From NCBI GenBank assembly GCA_964016885.1, contig OZ024763.1:12586001-12650000 (forward strand): a stretch of DNA of 64,000 nt, written 5' to 3'. Positions within the stretch are counted from its first letter, which is position 1. Every line of letters starts with the position of its first letter. This document shows positions 25,010 to 38,959 of the stretch, piece by piece. Made by a program: the position numbers and the translations under genes. The stretch is from Eledone cirrhosa. Taxonomy: Eukaryota. The notes under the pieces were generated by a model. The model saw only the letters and a program-made list of their open reading frames with translations, ran no database searches and had not been told where the DNA came from.

Positions 25010-25990
25010 TAAATTTTCAAATATATTTGAAAACCATACGCAATGTCTTTCATTAGAAATATGGCGACGAAAGTATTTATATTTATATATAACTGTTTCT
25101 ACTTTAGGCACAAGGCCAGCAATTACCCAGTGCATTACTGGTACTTTATTTTATCGACCCCGTAAGGATGAAAGGCAAAGTCAACCTCGGCGGGATTTGA
25201 ACTCAGATCGTAAAGGGATGTAACTATGCTGGAAAGCATGGCGTCCGACCCTCTACCGATACTGCCAATCCAATAACAAAATAAATTCTCCTATAGGGGA
25301 ATTTATTTTGTTATATTTATGCATAGTTTATTTTATATTTTATATCTTAATTGTTAAATTAGCCTCGCCATTGTGCACTTTTACTTGACCTTATTGTAAA
25401 CCCCCACCGTCTGTGTCTTTGTATTGTACCCTACATGTCGGCCCTTTTGGCCAATAAATGAAATCATTTATATAAAAAATCTTCAATCCTTTGTTAAGTT
25501 ATATCTAGACATCAGTTTAATAATGACAAAGTTAGTTATATTAATAAATCCCTCCAAATTCTTAATTATTTTGAAAATAATTTGAAAATGATGGCCAGTG
25601 TCTTTTATGAGAAATCAGATAATGGAAGAGTTAAAATGTTTGTATTGATCTACAAAAATTCCAACATAATTTTATATAAGAACCTTTGTTAAGTTATGTT
25701 CCAAACACCAACTTAATAATGAGAAAGTTAGTTATATTTCTAAATCTCTCAAAATTCTTGATTATTTTCAAAATTATTTATAAACCATAGACAATATCTT
25801 TCATTAGAAATATGGTAATGAAAATGTTAAACTGTTTCTATCTAAAAATCTTAATTTTATGTATGAACCTTAATTAAGTTATGTGCCAAACAGCAACTTA
25901 ATAATGAGAAAATTAATTATATTATTAAACCCCTCCAAATTCCAGAGGCTGTGTCTTTCATGAGAAATATGGCGACGAATGAGTTACTGT
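25010..25990. repeat. AT-rich dispersed/tandem repeat (about 190-bp units) with an inserted SINE (25091-25271) and a LINE tail (25380-25465)
   Basis: CCTTTGTTAAGTTAT..ATAATGA.AAAGTTAG..AGAAATATGG recurs; reverse copies at 24559-24648 and 61990-62850. Confidence 0.7.
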
Positions 25991-26058
25991 TTCATACAAA
26001 AGATATGGTTTAACTCGTGTTCCAGAAACTTAATGTATTCGTCAGGCCGGCTTATAAT

Positions 26059-26300
26059 AATGATTTCTACATTTGGCACACGGCCAGCAATTACCCCAGT
26101 GCATTACTGGTACTTTATTTATCGACCCCGTAAGGATAAAAGGCAAAGTTAACCTTGGCGGAATTTAAACTCAGAATGGCAAGGGCCGTAAAGCCAGCTT
26201 ATGATAATTGATTCTACTTTTGGCACAAGGCCAGCAATTATCCCAGTGTATTACTGGTACTTTATTTTATCGACCCCATAAGGATGAAAGGCAAAGTTAA
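26059..26300 (-). mobile_element. Two 5'-truncated SINE copies
   Basis: SINE 3' core; repeated GCCAGCTTAT.ATAAT flanks. Confidence 0.85.
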
Positions 26301-26560
26301 GCCAGCTTATAATAATATACCTTTATTTGGCTACTAGCCAGGATTTGCTGCTTGTCAGGCCGAAGAGGTCAAACTCTCGAAGTATTGGCCGCTCTGATAG
26401 GTTTGTGGTTGAGCCTGTGACGGTGGAGACTTCCAGCATTCTTGCCCCCGGGACACACCCCTGCATTTACATGTATGAGAATATAAATATAAACTCGCAA
26501 ACACAGACACTAACAAAAATACACTCACAGACATACATTCACTCACATACATTCACGCAG

Positions 26561-27161
26561 CTAGCAGGCGTAAAGAGAGAGGAGTAGTATGAGGTAGTCA
26601 AGCTACCCCTCTCTCTTTACATGTTGTACACGGGCAGCAGACGTAAATAGAAGGGAGCAGTATGAGGTAGTCAAACTACCCCTCTCTCTTCACATGTTGT
26701 ACACGGGCAGCAGACGTAAATAGAGGGGAGCAGTATGAGGTAGTCAAACTACCCCTCTCTCTTTACATATTGTACACAGGCAGCAGACGTAAATAGAAGG
26801 GAGCAGTATGAGGTAGTCAAACTACCCCTCTCTCTTTACATGTTGTACACGGGCAGCAGACGTAAATAGAGGGGAGCAGTATGAGGTAGTCAAACCACCC
26901 CTCTCTCTTTACATATTGTACACAGGCAGCAGACGTAAATAGAAGGGAGCAGTATGAGGTAGTCAAACTACCCCTCTCTCTTTACATGTTGTACACAGGC
27001 AGCAGACGTAAATAGAAGGGAGCAGTATGAGGTAGTCAAACCACCCCTCTCTCTTTACATGTTGTACACATGCAGCAGACGTAAATAGAGGGGAGCAGTA
27101 TGAGGTAGTCAAACCACCCCTCTCTCTTTACATGTTGTACACAGGCAGCAGACGTAAATAG
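26561..27161. repeat. 73-bp tandem repeat of a hairpin unit, about 8 copies
   Basis: GCAGCAGACGTAAATAG recurs at 26634, 26707, 26780 and onward. Confidence 0.95.
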
Positions 27162-27474
27162 AGAATTTATATATAGATGCCTCACATGGTTTTGGCCACT
27201 GTTTGCAATAACTCCTATCAACGTTTTGTCTATTAACAATATACTTGTTCGGGGCGTCAGTGTTTCTTTCTCAGTCTGTTTTCTCCATCAGTGAGTGTCT
27301 ATGACTTTTCCATGTTTCCAGAACGTTCGTTACACGGCAGAAATAACACCAGATTTAATGTCGTTCAATCTCTATATTACAGAAACAGATATTTATAGAG
27401 GGCGGTACTTTGATTCGCGTCAGGGGAATACCCTTTTATCTCCCCCCCCCTCTCTCTCTCTCTCACTTTCTCTC

Positions 27475-27553
<79 letters not shown>

Positions 27554-27594
27554 TATACAAATACATGTATATCACACACACACATACACACGTG

Positions 27595-27626
<32 letters not shown>

Positions 27627-27654
27627 AATATATATATATATTATATATATATAT

Positions 27655-27859
27655 AACGAAGGAAATGTGGTAAGGAACCAGGTGAACCATAACGCACCAA
27701 AGTACTCAATACTTAGGGTAGTAGAGTGGGTAATAGGAAAGAGTAGGACCCCGACGGCTGAGCTCAAGCCGTTTCGACGGCTAATTCTGGACTCAATTAG
27801 TCCAGAATTAGCCGTCGAAACGGCTTGAGCTCAGCCGTCGGGGTCCTACTCGTTCCTAT
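27655..27859. mobile_element. Family B element with 61-bp fold-back
   Basis: Arms 27733-27793 and 27799-27859 (1 mismatch); nearly identical to 16713-16918; flanked by (TA)n. Confidence 0.8.
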
Positions 27860-27969
27860 ATATACATATATATATATATATGTACATACACACACATGTA
27901 TGTATGTATATATATATATATATATACACACACACATGTATGTATATATATATATATATACACACACAC

Positions 27970-28008
<39 letters not shown>

Positions 28009-28022
28009 CATACACACACATG

Positions 28023-28054
<32 letters not shown>

Positions 28055-28306
28055 TGTATATATATATATATATATATATACATACACACACATGTATATA
28101 TATACACATACACACACACATGTATATATATATATACATACACATGTATATATACACACATGAGAGTGCAAACTCGCTACCTTAGAGATCAAGTTTTTGT
28201 CTTGGTACATATATGTGTATATATATATATGTGTATATATATGTGTATAAATATATATATATACACACACACACATATATATATATACACACACAAACAA
28301 ACATAC

Positions 28307-28337
<31 letters not shown>

Positions 28338-28433
28338 AACATACATATATATATATATATATATACACACACAAACAAACATACATATATATATATATAT
28401 ATACACACACACAAACAAACATACATAACATAC

Positions 28434-28474
<41 letters not shown>

Positions 28475-28940
28475 TATGTTCATGTGTCTGTACATATATA
28501 TATATCAATCTAACACTAAACCACACACACTTCACATGACTACTCTCCCACTCGAACCTACGACCCCTCTGCTCCCCTCCATTACAACCTAACATGTCAT
28601 CTGATAAACAGATCCCTGTTGTGTCTGTTAATGTTGCTGTGTTTTTGTTTCATTAAAGCCGAACGGGAAAGACAAAAAAAAATGGCTCCTTAAACGTCGA
28701 AATCTCCCAAGAGACAATCACCAGAAGATTGCTATCACCGCTTTAATCGCTCGCCATATTGGTTGCACGATTTTCTTGTTGTTGCTATTATTGTTGTTGT
28801 TGTTTCTCATACATTTCTTCACACCTACTCTGGTTTTCTGTCTGTCTGTTTTGTTTATTTGTCCGTATGTCTGCTGTCTATATTTCTGTCAGTCTATCTA
28901 TACATCTATCTGTCTGTCTGTCTATCTGCCTATCTATCTA

Positions 28941-29445
28941 TTGTCATGATCAAACCGCCACCCTCCTTCAAAAGGGAAGGAGAGGCGGTTTTCCTTTGTG
29001 TGATAGCTATGGCGAAAGAGGTTGTATGGTGGACGAGGTTGAAAGGGCTGAGGTCAGACACCTTTCTCTCCGGCCAACAACTGATTCTTTTTTTCAAATA
29101 CCACTTTGGAAGAAGAATCAGGATGGAGAGAGAGGTGCTGTACCCCAGCAAGTTTTATGAAAGGTGGGTGAAAGTGGCGAGAATGGCCCGAGTGAATGGG
29201 CCTTCTCTCTATATCAGCCTGTAGGTTGAGGAAAGAAAGGAAGAGAGTACTCACTCTTCGTGCTCCTGGAGGTGAGGGTTGCACATTTTTTCGGGGGTAT
29301 GTGTCACCCATATGTAATATCTCCCACTATTGGGAAAATCGATTAATTTTTAAATTGCATTTGTGATAATATTTTACACGTTTTTATTGTATCCCCCTTT
29401 GTATTTGTCCCATTCTTTTGTGCCCCTGTGGCTAATAAAGAAACA
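28941..29445 (+). mobile_element. 5'-truncated Tx1/L1-like LINE: ORF2 C-terminus plus 3' UTR
   Basis: VFLCVIAMAKEVVWWTRLKG..ERWVKVARMARVNGPSLYISL* (stop at 29224); AATAAA at 29434; (TATC)n on both sides. Confidence 0.65.
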
Positions 29446-30161
29446 TATCTATCCATCTATCTATCTATCTGCCTCTTGTCTATCTATCTATTGGGGATTT
29501 CGATTGTTGAATTTGTTTGTTTAAAATTTTTTGTACACGATTGTATGTAAAATCCCCGGCATATGTCCCCTTTTCTTGTGCATCCTTGTGGCAAATAAAG
29601 AAATATATCTATCTGTCTGTCTATCTAACTTTCTGTCAGTATATCTATCTATCTATCTGCCTATTTTTCTGTCAGTCTATCTATCTATTTGTCAGTATAT
29701 CTATCTATCTATTTCTTCGACCACTACCTCACCATCACCCTCTACCACGACCATCACGACCAGGATGACGACATCCACCACCACCACCACTACGACAATG
29801 ACAAACCCCCTCTCCATCACCCTACCCCACTATCACGACCACGATCCCCCACTATGACCACCACCACCACATATACATTACTCTAATTTGGGCAATATTT
29901 CTTCAATAAAATTAAATGAAATAAAATGTCCTTAAATTTAAATAAAATTATAATAAAATTACAATAAAATTTAAATAATATAAATAATTGTTAACCGCAA
30001 ACAGCAGAGAATGTATTTCCTTTCTCCACTGTTGCAATGAGGTTAAATTTAGTGGGAACATTCCCACGAAACATTCCCACTGAATGTAAATATAACATGT
30101 CTGAGAAGAGCTATTTAGTACACGAGCGAAACCAGAGAGAAAACCACCACCAGGTGGCTCT

Positions 30162-30600
30162 GGATAGAAAAGAGGATTGATCTGTTGATCCGAGGCCTGG
30201 TTGAGACGGGATAGAAAAGAGGGTTGATCTGTTGATCCGAGGCCTGGTCGAGACTGGATATAAAAAAGAGGGTTGATCTGTTGATCTGAGGTCTGGTTGA
30301 GCAAGGATAGAAAAGAGGGTTGATCTGTTGATCCGAGGTCTGGTTGAGACGGGATAGAAAAGAGGGTTGATCTGTTGATCCGAGGCCTGGTTGAGACTGG
30401 ATATAAAAAAGAGGGTTGATCTATTGATCTGAGGTCTGGTTGAGACGGGATAGAAAAGAGGGTTGATCTGTTGATCCGAGGCCTGGTTGAGACGGGATAG
30501 AAAAGAGGGTTGATCCGTTGATCAGTGGCCTGGTTGAGACGGGATAGAAAAGAGAGTTGATCTGTTGATCAGTGGCCTAGTTAAGACTGAATAAAATAGA
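30162..30600. repeat. 47-48 bp minisatellite, about 9 copies
   Basis: Unit GGATAGAAAAGAGGGTTGATCTGTTGATCCGAGGCCTGGTTGAGAC(G/T). Confidence 0.95.
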
Positions 30601-30654
30601 GGGCTGTTTGGTTGCCTGATGAGACTGAAAAGTGGTCGTGTAGGGGTCATGGCG

Positions 30655-30836
30655 AAAAGCACTCAGCACACACTGTAAATGTGGTTGGCGTTAGGAAGGG
30701 CATCCAGCTGTAGAAACCTAGCCAGAAACAGTTCTATATGAAAAAGACACGGTCGCCTGACCCAACTTGCCTCAAATGGGAGAACCCGTCGAACCCATGC
30801 TAGCATGGAAAATGGACGTTAAATGATGATGATGAT
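30655..30836 (+). mobile_element. Second SINE family, 3' part with (GAT)n tail
   Basis: GGTTGGCGTTAGGAAGGGCATCCAGCTGTAGAAAC..CCATGCTAGCATGG..GACGTTAAATGATGATG. Confidence 0.6.
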
Positions 30837-30877
30837 AGAAAGATAGATAGATAGACATATAAATTGATAGATAGATA

Positions 30878-31256
30878 TTTTTCTTTATTTGCCACAAGGG
30901 CGTACAAAAAGTAGGACATTACAAGACGTGACAGCCGGGGTTTTACATAAAAATCATATAACTTTAACACTAATAAATAACAATAAACTATATAAAATAA
31001 AATAACAATCGAAATCCCCAATAGGGGGGGAACGTTACTGCGGGGTTGTTTTACACCCCCGTAGATAGAACAACCCTCAACACCAGGAGCACGTTTTGTA
31101 GGTGTTCCCGTCTTCCCTCTTTTTGTCTTCCTCAACCTACAGGTTTATATACAGAGAAGGCCCATTCACTCGGGCCATTTTCGCCACATTCACCCACCTC
31201 TCAGCGAATTTATTGGGTAGACAGATAGATAGATAGATAGATAAACAGACAGGCAA

Positions 31257-31294
<38 letters not shown>

Positions 31295-31372
31295 TTCTAT
31301 TTATTGCCACTAGGGCGCAAAAGAAGGGGACAAATACAAGGGGCGAGTTTACACAAAAAGGCGAGTAAAGAA
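30878..31372 (-). mobile_element. Tx1-like LINE 3' ends (30878-31218 and tail 31295-31372) in (GATA)n
   Basis: PNKFAERWVNVAKMARVNGPSLYINL*, homologous to the 28941 copy. Confidence 0.65.
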
Positions 31373-31740
31373 GATAGATAGAGATAGATAAACAGACAGG
31401 CAAGTAGATAAATAGATAGATAGATAAACAGACAGGAAACATCTAACACCACAAAGTGTATATTTAGTAGTTTCAACATATCGGAGTGCTAGAAAGCAAT
31501 TATTGCATCATTATCAAGTTGTAGACGTGAGGAGTTAATTAGCAAGTAATTAGCCAGATTTATCCTGTTTCACGGCACAGATGTACACCAAGAGTCAGCC
31601 ATTAAATCATTGCAAAACTGTAGACATTAGCTGCTGCTGCTGCTACTGCAGTCGCTATTCTGATAGACTGTTGCTGTTAACTGTTCTGTTAAATATAGCA
31701 GCCATATTGCCTTTATTTCATAGTCTATTGTCTGATGAAG

Positions 31741-31849
<109 letters not shown>

Positions 31850-32192
31850 GTAAATAAGAAGGAAAGAAAGAAAAAGGAAAAAGAGAGCGAGAGAGAAAGA
31901 AAGGAAGGAGAAAAGAAAGAAAGAGAAAGAAAGAGAAGGGAAGAAAGAAAGACAGGGTGAAAGAAAAGAGAGAGAAAGAAAGAAAGAAAGGAAAAAGAAA
32001 GAAAGAAAGAGTGAAAGAAAGAAAGAAAGAAAGAAAGAAATAGAAAGAGAAAGTAAGAAAGGAAAAAGAAAGGAAAAAGAAAGAAAGAGAGAAAGTAAAA
32101 ACGAAAGAAAGAGAGAAAGGACTCAATTTCGCAAGTGCAAGGAAGAGGACTTATTTCCAAGCCAAGCTTTGTAGGTCTCCTTCTTTCCTCAG

Positions 32193-32690
32193 ATGACATG
32201 TTTGACTTTTGGATTGAACCAAGAAGTCCTCATGCCATATAAAGTCAGTCAGCTGGAATTAGCAGACGACATGGTGTTTCTTAACTCGACAGAAGATGAT
32301 CTCCGACTTGCACTTGATAGGTTTGATGCCGAGTGTTTCATGGCTGGAATGAAAACCAGTGCTGGAAAAACTGAGACACTCGTCCTCTCAAAGAAGCCTG
32401 TACAGTGCACTCTACATGTGAATGGTGTTCCACTGAAGCAGGTGGAGAAGTTCAAGTATCTCGGGGGTCGTGTTCCCGAGTAATGGAAGTCAGGAGGCTG
32501 ATTAATTGAGAGATCACAGCTCCGATACTATGGGCAAGTGGTTAGAATGTCTCAGGAAAGAATCGTTGGATAAATTTTTTTCGGGCAAAACCAGCCGACA
32601 GAAGACCCAAGGGTAGACCCCGAGCAAGATGGTTGGATAACATCCACTAGCTTGGCTGACGTCGCCTGGGGATCCAGCTGGAGGGAGTGT
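32193..32690 (+). pseudogene. RTE-type LINE reverse transcriptase C-terminal fragment
   Basis: LELADDMVF..GMKTSAGKTETLV..LKQVEKFKYLG, then IERSQLRYYGQVVRM and RPKGRPRARWLD after frameshifts or deletion. Confidence 0.85.
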
Positions 32691-33119
32691 TTGAAAAAGA
32701 AAAAGAAAAAGAAAAAGAAAAAGAAAAAGAAAAAGAAAAAGAAAAATAAAAATAAAAAGAAGAAAAATAAAAAGAAGAAAAAGAAGAAAAAGAAGAAAAA
32801 GAAAAAGAAAAAGAAAAAGAAAAAGAAGAAGAATAAAAAGAAAAAACAGAAGACGACGACATATTTATATATATATATATTGTATATATATATATACAGT
32901 ATAGATGTGTGTCCAGTAAAAATTTGTTTATCACATAAAAATAAGTTCATCTGATGACATCGCACCAGCACAAGCACCAGAAACAGATGTTATTACTACA
33001 ACATGACTGCATACGGGACGCCATAGAAATAAGTATAATGAATAAACCCTTTACGTAAATACACCATCTTTCTTAATGTAAACGAAACTTTCTCTTTTTT
33101 TCTTTCTATTATCATTATC

Positions 33120-33248
33120 AGTATCGGTAGAGGGTCGGGGCGCTTTCAGCATAGAGTTACAGCCCTTTACGATCTGAGTTTAAATCCCGCCAAGGTTAAC
33201 TTTTTCCTTTAATCCTTACGGGGTCGATGAAATAAATTACCAGTAATA
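33120..33248 (+). mobile_element. tRNA-derived SINE, partial
   Basis: A/B-box region and central domain. Confidence 0.8.
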
Positions 33249-33719
33249 TATATAAATATATATAGTTAAATAAATGACCAGTCAAACACAGAGATGCAAA
33301 AACACAAAGCCTTATTAGTATCACGCTTAAGAGGAAGTAGAGGAGGGTTCGGCGCTTCGAATATAAGTCTTTTTCAGGAAATGGAGAGTTCATATATATA
33401 TACATACATACACACACACACACATACACACACACATACAAACATAACATACATACACACGTATGCATACATACACACACAAAAATACATACATACACAA
33501 ATACACACACACACACATACAAACATACATACATATACATACACACACACACAAATATAACAAAGATACACACGTATGCATACATACACACACAAAAATA
33601 CATACATACACAAATACACACACACGTACAAACATACATACATAAACATACATACAAACAGACAGACAGACATACACACACACACATTACATACACTGCA
33701 TACAATCACATCCATATAC

Positions 33720-33832
33720 ACGTACAAACACAGACATGTACGCATACATACACAGAAATACATATGCAAATACATACAAACATACATACACACACACACA
33801 CACATACACAGAAATACATATGCAAATACATA

Positions 33833-33884
<52 letters not shown>

Positions 33885-34407
33885 TACATATGCAAATACA
33901 TACAAACATGCATACACACAGAGAAATACATATGCAAATACATACAAACATACATACACATACACACACACACACACATACACAGAAATACAAATGCAAA
34001 TACATACAAACATGCATACACACACACACACACACACAGAGAAATACATATGCAAATACATACAAACATGCATACACACACACACACACAGAAATACATA
34101 TGCAAATACATACAAACATGCATACACATACCCACACACACATACAGAGAAATACATATGCAAATACATATAAACATGCATACACATACACACACACACA
34201 TAGAAATACACATACAAACAAATACATAAATTCATGCACACACACAAACATACACACACACACAGAAATACACATACAAATACATAAATTCATGCACACA
34301 CACACACACATACACACACAAATACACATACAAATACATAAATTCATGCACACACGCACGCACACACACACACAGAAATACACATACAAACAAATACATA
34401 AATTCAT

Positions 34408-34452
<45 letters not shown>

Positions 34453-34594
34453 TACACATACAAATACATAAATTCATGCACACACACATACACACACACA
34501 GAAATACACATGCAAATACATAAATTCATGCACACACACACACACATACACACACACACAGAAATACACATGCAAATACATAAATTCATGCACA

Positions 34595-34634
<40 letters not shown>

Positions 34635-34720
34635 TACACATGCAAATACATAAATTCATGCACACACACACACACACACACACACGTACAACACACACAC
34701 ACGTACACACATATACATGC
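33720..34720. repeat. (CA)n-based minisatellite with GAAATACATATGCAAATACAT units
   Basis: Directly visible. Confidence 0.85.
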
Positions 34721-35048
34721 ACATGCTGTAAAAAATAAAAAATATATGATTATGTGTAAAAGAAAAATGGAAGCTGGCAAAGAATTGAAAGAGAGTAAAT
34801 TAGATAAAAAAAAAAAAAAAGCTGAACTAATATGAATAACGAAGATTCCGCCATTTTACCGCCATTTTAGCGACATCGGTTCCAGGCGAGATGAGGTATT
34901 GTTAAAAAAGCCAAATCCCCCTGTGTATAGAGAATGAGTAGAGGTGTGAGGGAAGAGGAGAATAATAGAGACAGGAAGAAGAAGGAGGAGGAGTAGAAGG
35001 AAGTGGAGGGAGTGTGGAAAAACTTTATAAATAAATAAATAAATAAAT

Positions 35049-35713
35049 AATTGTTTCTACTTTTTTGGTGGCACGAGGCCTCAGTACATTACTGGTATTT
35101 TATTTTATCAACCCCTCCCCCCCCTCCCCCGTAAAAATGAAAGACAAAGTTAACATCGGCGTGATTTGAACTCAGACCGTAAAGGGCCGTAACTCTATGC
35201 TGCAAGGCATGGCGTCCGACCCTCTATCGATACTACTTACTGCCAATCCACAGAATGAGTTGAGGTGTGAGGGAAGGAGAGGATAATAGAGATAGGAAGA
35301 GGGAAGGGGAGGAGAAAAGAGTGGAGGGAGTATTGAAAACTGTTTATAAATAAAATAATTGTTTCTACATTTGGTGGCACAAGGCCAGCAATTACCCAGT
35401 GCATTACTGGTACTTTATTTTATCGACCCCGTAAGGATGAAAGGCAAAGTTAATTAACATCGGCTGGATTTGAACTCAGAACGCAAAGGGACGTAACTTA
35501 TGTTACATAGTATGGTGTCTGACGCTCTACCTGTTTTATCTTTCTACTTTTGGCACAAGGCCAGCAATTACCCCAGTACATTACTGGTACTTTATTTTAT
35601 CGACCCCGTAAGGATGAAAGGCAAAGTTAACCTCGGCGGGATTTGAACTCAGACCGTAAAGGGACGTAACTATGCTAGAAAGCATGGCGTCCGACTCTCT
35701 TCCGATACTGCCA
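35049..35713 (-). mobile_element. Cluster of three tRNA-derived SINEs
   Basis: Copies at 35049-35252, 35356-35531 and 35540-35713. Confidence 0.85.
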
Positions 35714-36946
35714 TTGGCACACACACACATACACACACACACCGGAGTACTAAAATGGACACACACACACACACCCCGGAGTACTAAAATGGACACACAC
35801 ACACATCGGAGTACTAAAATGGACACACACACACACCCCGGAGTACTAAAATGAACGCCAGTCTCACACACACACACACATACACATACACACATACACA
35901 CTGAGAAGAGTATTAAAATATGTGGCCACACACCGTGGTATCGTTAAAGAAGGAGGGGCAGATCACATGACACATAACCTCCCCGCCTCCTCTCTCCTTT
36001 ATTATGGTCTCCTTGATTGATGGATGTAATGGAGGAGGTGGTGGTTGTGATAGAGGTGGTGGTGGCGGTAGTGGTGATGGTTTTGGTGGTGGTTGTGATA
36101 GAGGTGGTGGTGGCGGTAGTGTTGATGGTGGTGGTGGCGGTAGTGGTAGAAGTGGCGGTAGTGGTAGAGGTGGTGGTGGCGATAGAAGTGGTGGTGGTAG
36201 TAGAGGTAGTTGTGGTTGTGGTGGTAGAGGTGGTGGTGTTGGCGGTGGTAGTGGTGGTGCTGGTGGTGGTGGTGGTAGAGGTGGTGGTGGTGTTGGCAGT
36301 GGTAGTGGTGGTGCTGGTGATGGGGTTGGCAGTGGTGGTGGTGGTAGAGGTGGTGCTGGTGGTGGTGTTGGTGGTGGTGGTAGTGGTGTTGGTGGTGGTG
36401 GTGGTGGAGGCAGGCAGATTATTACAGAACAGACCACGTTAAATGTAACAACCAGTCCATGTGTCTCGGATTCCAGGAGAAGAAAATAAAACATTTTTTT
36501 ATTTATAACATGAAACATATTTATAAAGACATCAGAAAGAAACCCCACTGAAAACTCAGCAATTCTGGAAGACACTGCCATAGAATTAATGTGCAAGTGG
36601 CTGAGCATGCCGCCGGTATGAGGGAGAGGGGAATGAGAGAGAGACGGGGGAGTGAGAGAGGTGGGGCGAGAGAGGTGGGGAGAGAGAGATGGGGAGAGAG
36701 AGATGGATACCCGTCAGTTTCGGCGAGGTATGTTTCAGTTTGATCAACCGAAGAGCCTACTCATGAAATTAACTTTCAAGTGGCTGAGCATTCTTATGTG
36801 ACAAGACTGACCCTGAGAGTTACAGGTACAGGTCCACCAGGCGGGCTTCCAAACAGTTTCCGTCTACACAATATCACTTACAAGGTATAGGCCGACATGG
36901 AGCTATGATACATGACACTTTGTGACCAAGTTGTTACATACAGATG

Positions 36947-37700
36947 TACAACACCTCACAACACTACACAACACAACATGCAATATAACATTACACAACA
37001 CAATACAACAGAACACACTTCACAACATTACACAACACAATACAACAGAACACACTTCACAACATTAGACAACACAATACAACAGAACACACCTCACAAC
37101 ATTACACAACAGAACACACCTCACAACATTACACTACATAATACAACAGAACACACCTCACAACTCTACACAACACAATACAACAGAACACACAATATAA
37201 CATTACACAACACAATACAACAGAACACACTTCACAACACTACACAGCACAATGCAGCAGAACACACCTCACAACATTACACAACACAATACAACAGAAC
37301 ACACCTCACAACATTACACAACACAATACACCAGAACACACTTCACAACATTACACAGCACAATGCAGCAGAACACACCTCACAACATTACACAACACAC
37401 TTCACAACATTACACAACACAATGCAACAGAACACACCTCACAACATTACACAACACAATACAACAGAACACACCTCACAACATTACACAACACAATACA
37501 GCAGAACACACCTCACAACATTACACAACACAATACAACAGAAGACACCTCACAACACTTCACAACAAATACAACAGATCACACCTCACAACACTACACA
37601 ACACTACAGTTCACAACACAATACGACAGAACACACCTCACAACACGACACAGCACAATACAACAGAACACACTTCAAAACGCTGCACCACAATACGTCA
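36947..37700. repeat. About 40-bp CA-rich minisatellite
   Basis: Unit ACAACACAATACAACAGAACACACCTCACAACATTAC. Confidence 0.9.
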
Positions 37701-37725
37701 CAACAGTACACCCCCACCGTCACAC

Positions 37726-37762
<37 letters not shown>

Positions 37763-38162
37763 AGGGATATATATATATATACACACAAAGAGAAAAAACG
37801 AAAGAGAAAGAGGGGAGGCAAAGAGAAGTCAGAACTGTAACACCAAAAAGCAATGCGAGAAATTAATTTGCTGTACAAGACAAGATGGATGACAGGAGCG
37901 TTGCTCTGTATTGTCTGTTTGTTAATAAATATATTTTAGTTGACTCTCGAAAGATTGGCTTGGAACGAAAAATGTATTGATATATAGAATATATAAATAT
38001 ATAAATACATAAATAAAGATAAATAGATAAATACATAAATAAATATAAGTAGATAAATAAAGTAGGAAAAGGAAGGGAAAATCATGTTTTGGGGTTCATT
38101 AAAAATACATCGATTAAATTCATGCATAAATACACACACCCATATAATATATACACATATAC

Positions 38163-38230
<68 letters not shown>

Positions 38231-38825
38231 GACAAAAGAAGAAAAAGCATTTGAAAAAGAAACGCCATTTTGAAAATGTCTGGTGAGGTCAGAGTGAAGC
38301 TGTTTTGAATGGCAAATAGGAAATATTATGTCGAAATAGTGTTGTTGTTGTGGTGATGGTGGTGGTGATGGTGGTTCTGGTAGTGGTGGTTGAGGTGATG
38401 GTGGTTGTAGTGGTGGTGGTGGTTGAGGTGGTGGTGCTGATGGTGGTTGAGGTGGTGGTGGCGGTGATGGTGGTTGTGGTGGTGTTGGTGGTTGAGGTGA
38501 TGGTGGTTGAGGTGGTGGTGGTGGTGATATTGGTGGTGGTTGTATTGTTAGTGTTAGTGGTGTTGTTAGTGTTGTTAGTAGTGTTGTTGTTAGTGGTATT
38601 GCTAGTGTTGACGTTGTTAGTGGTGTTGTTGTTGGTGTTGTTGTTGTTAGTGTTGTTGTAATGGTCGTATTACTAGTGCTGATATTGTTAGTGTTGTTGT
38701 TGGTGGTGTTGTTGTAAAGGTGGTATTGTTAGTGCTGCTGTTGTTAGTGTTGTTGTAAAGGTGGTATTGTTAGTGCTGCTGTTGTTAGTGTTGTTGTAAA
38801 GGTGGTATTGTTAGTGCTGCTGTTG

Positions 38826-38959
38826 TTAGTGTTGTAGTAAAGGTGGTATTGTTAGTGCTGCTGTTGTTAGTGTTGTAGTTGTTGGTGTTAAGATATAACT
38901 ATATAACTGCCAAGGGAACAGATTGCGTTTTAAATAACAGTCAAGACTGAATATCTCGT
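38826..38959 (-). CDS. Weak candidate exon (EIFSLDCYLKRNLFPWQLYSYILTP)
   Basis: TCTTTCCATTTTAG acceptor at 38960; single open frame. Confidence 0.25.

Noticed and set aside
30610-30645. CTGATGA-GAC..GTC-G as an HHR
   Set aside because: GAAA is replaced by GTGT and there is no stem III.
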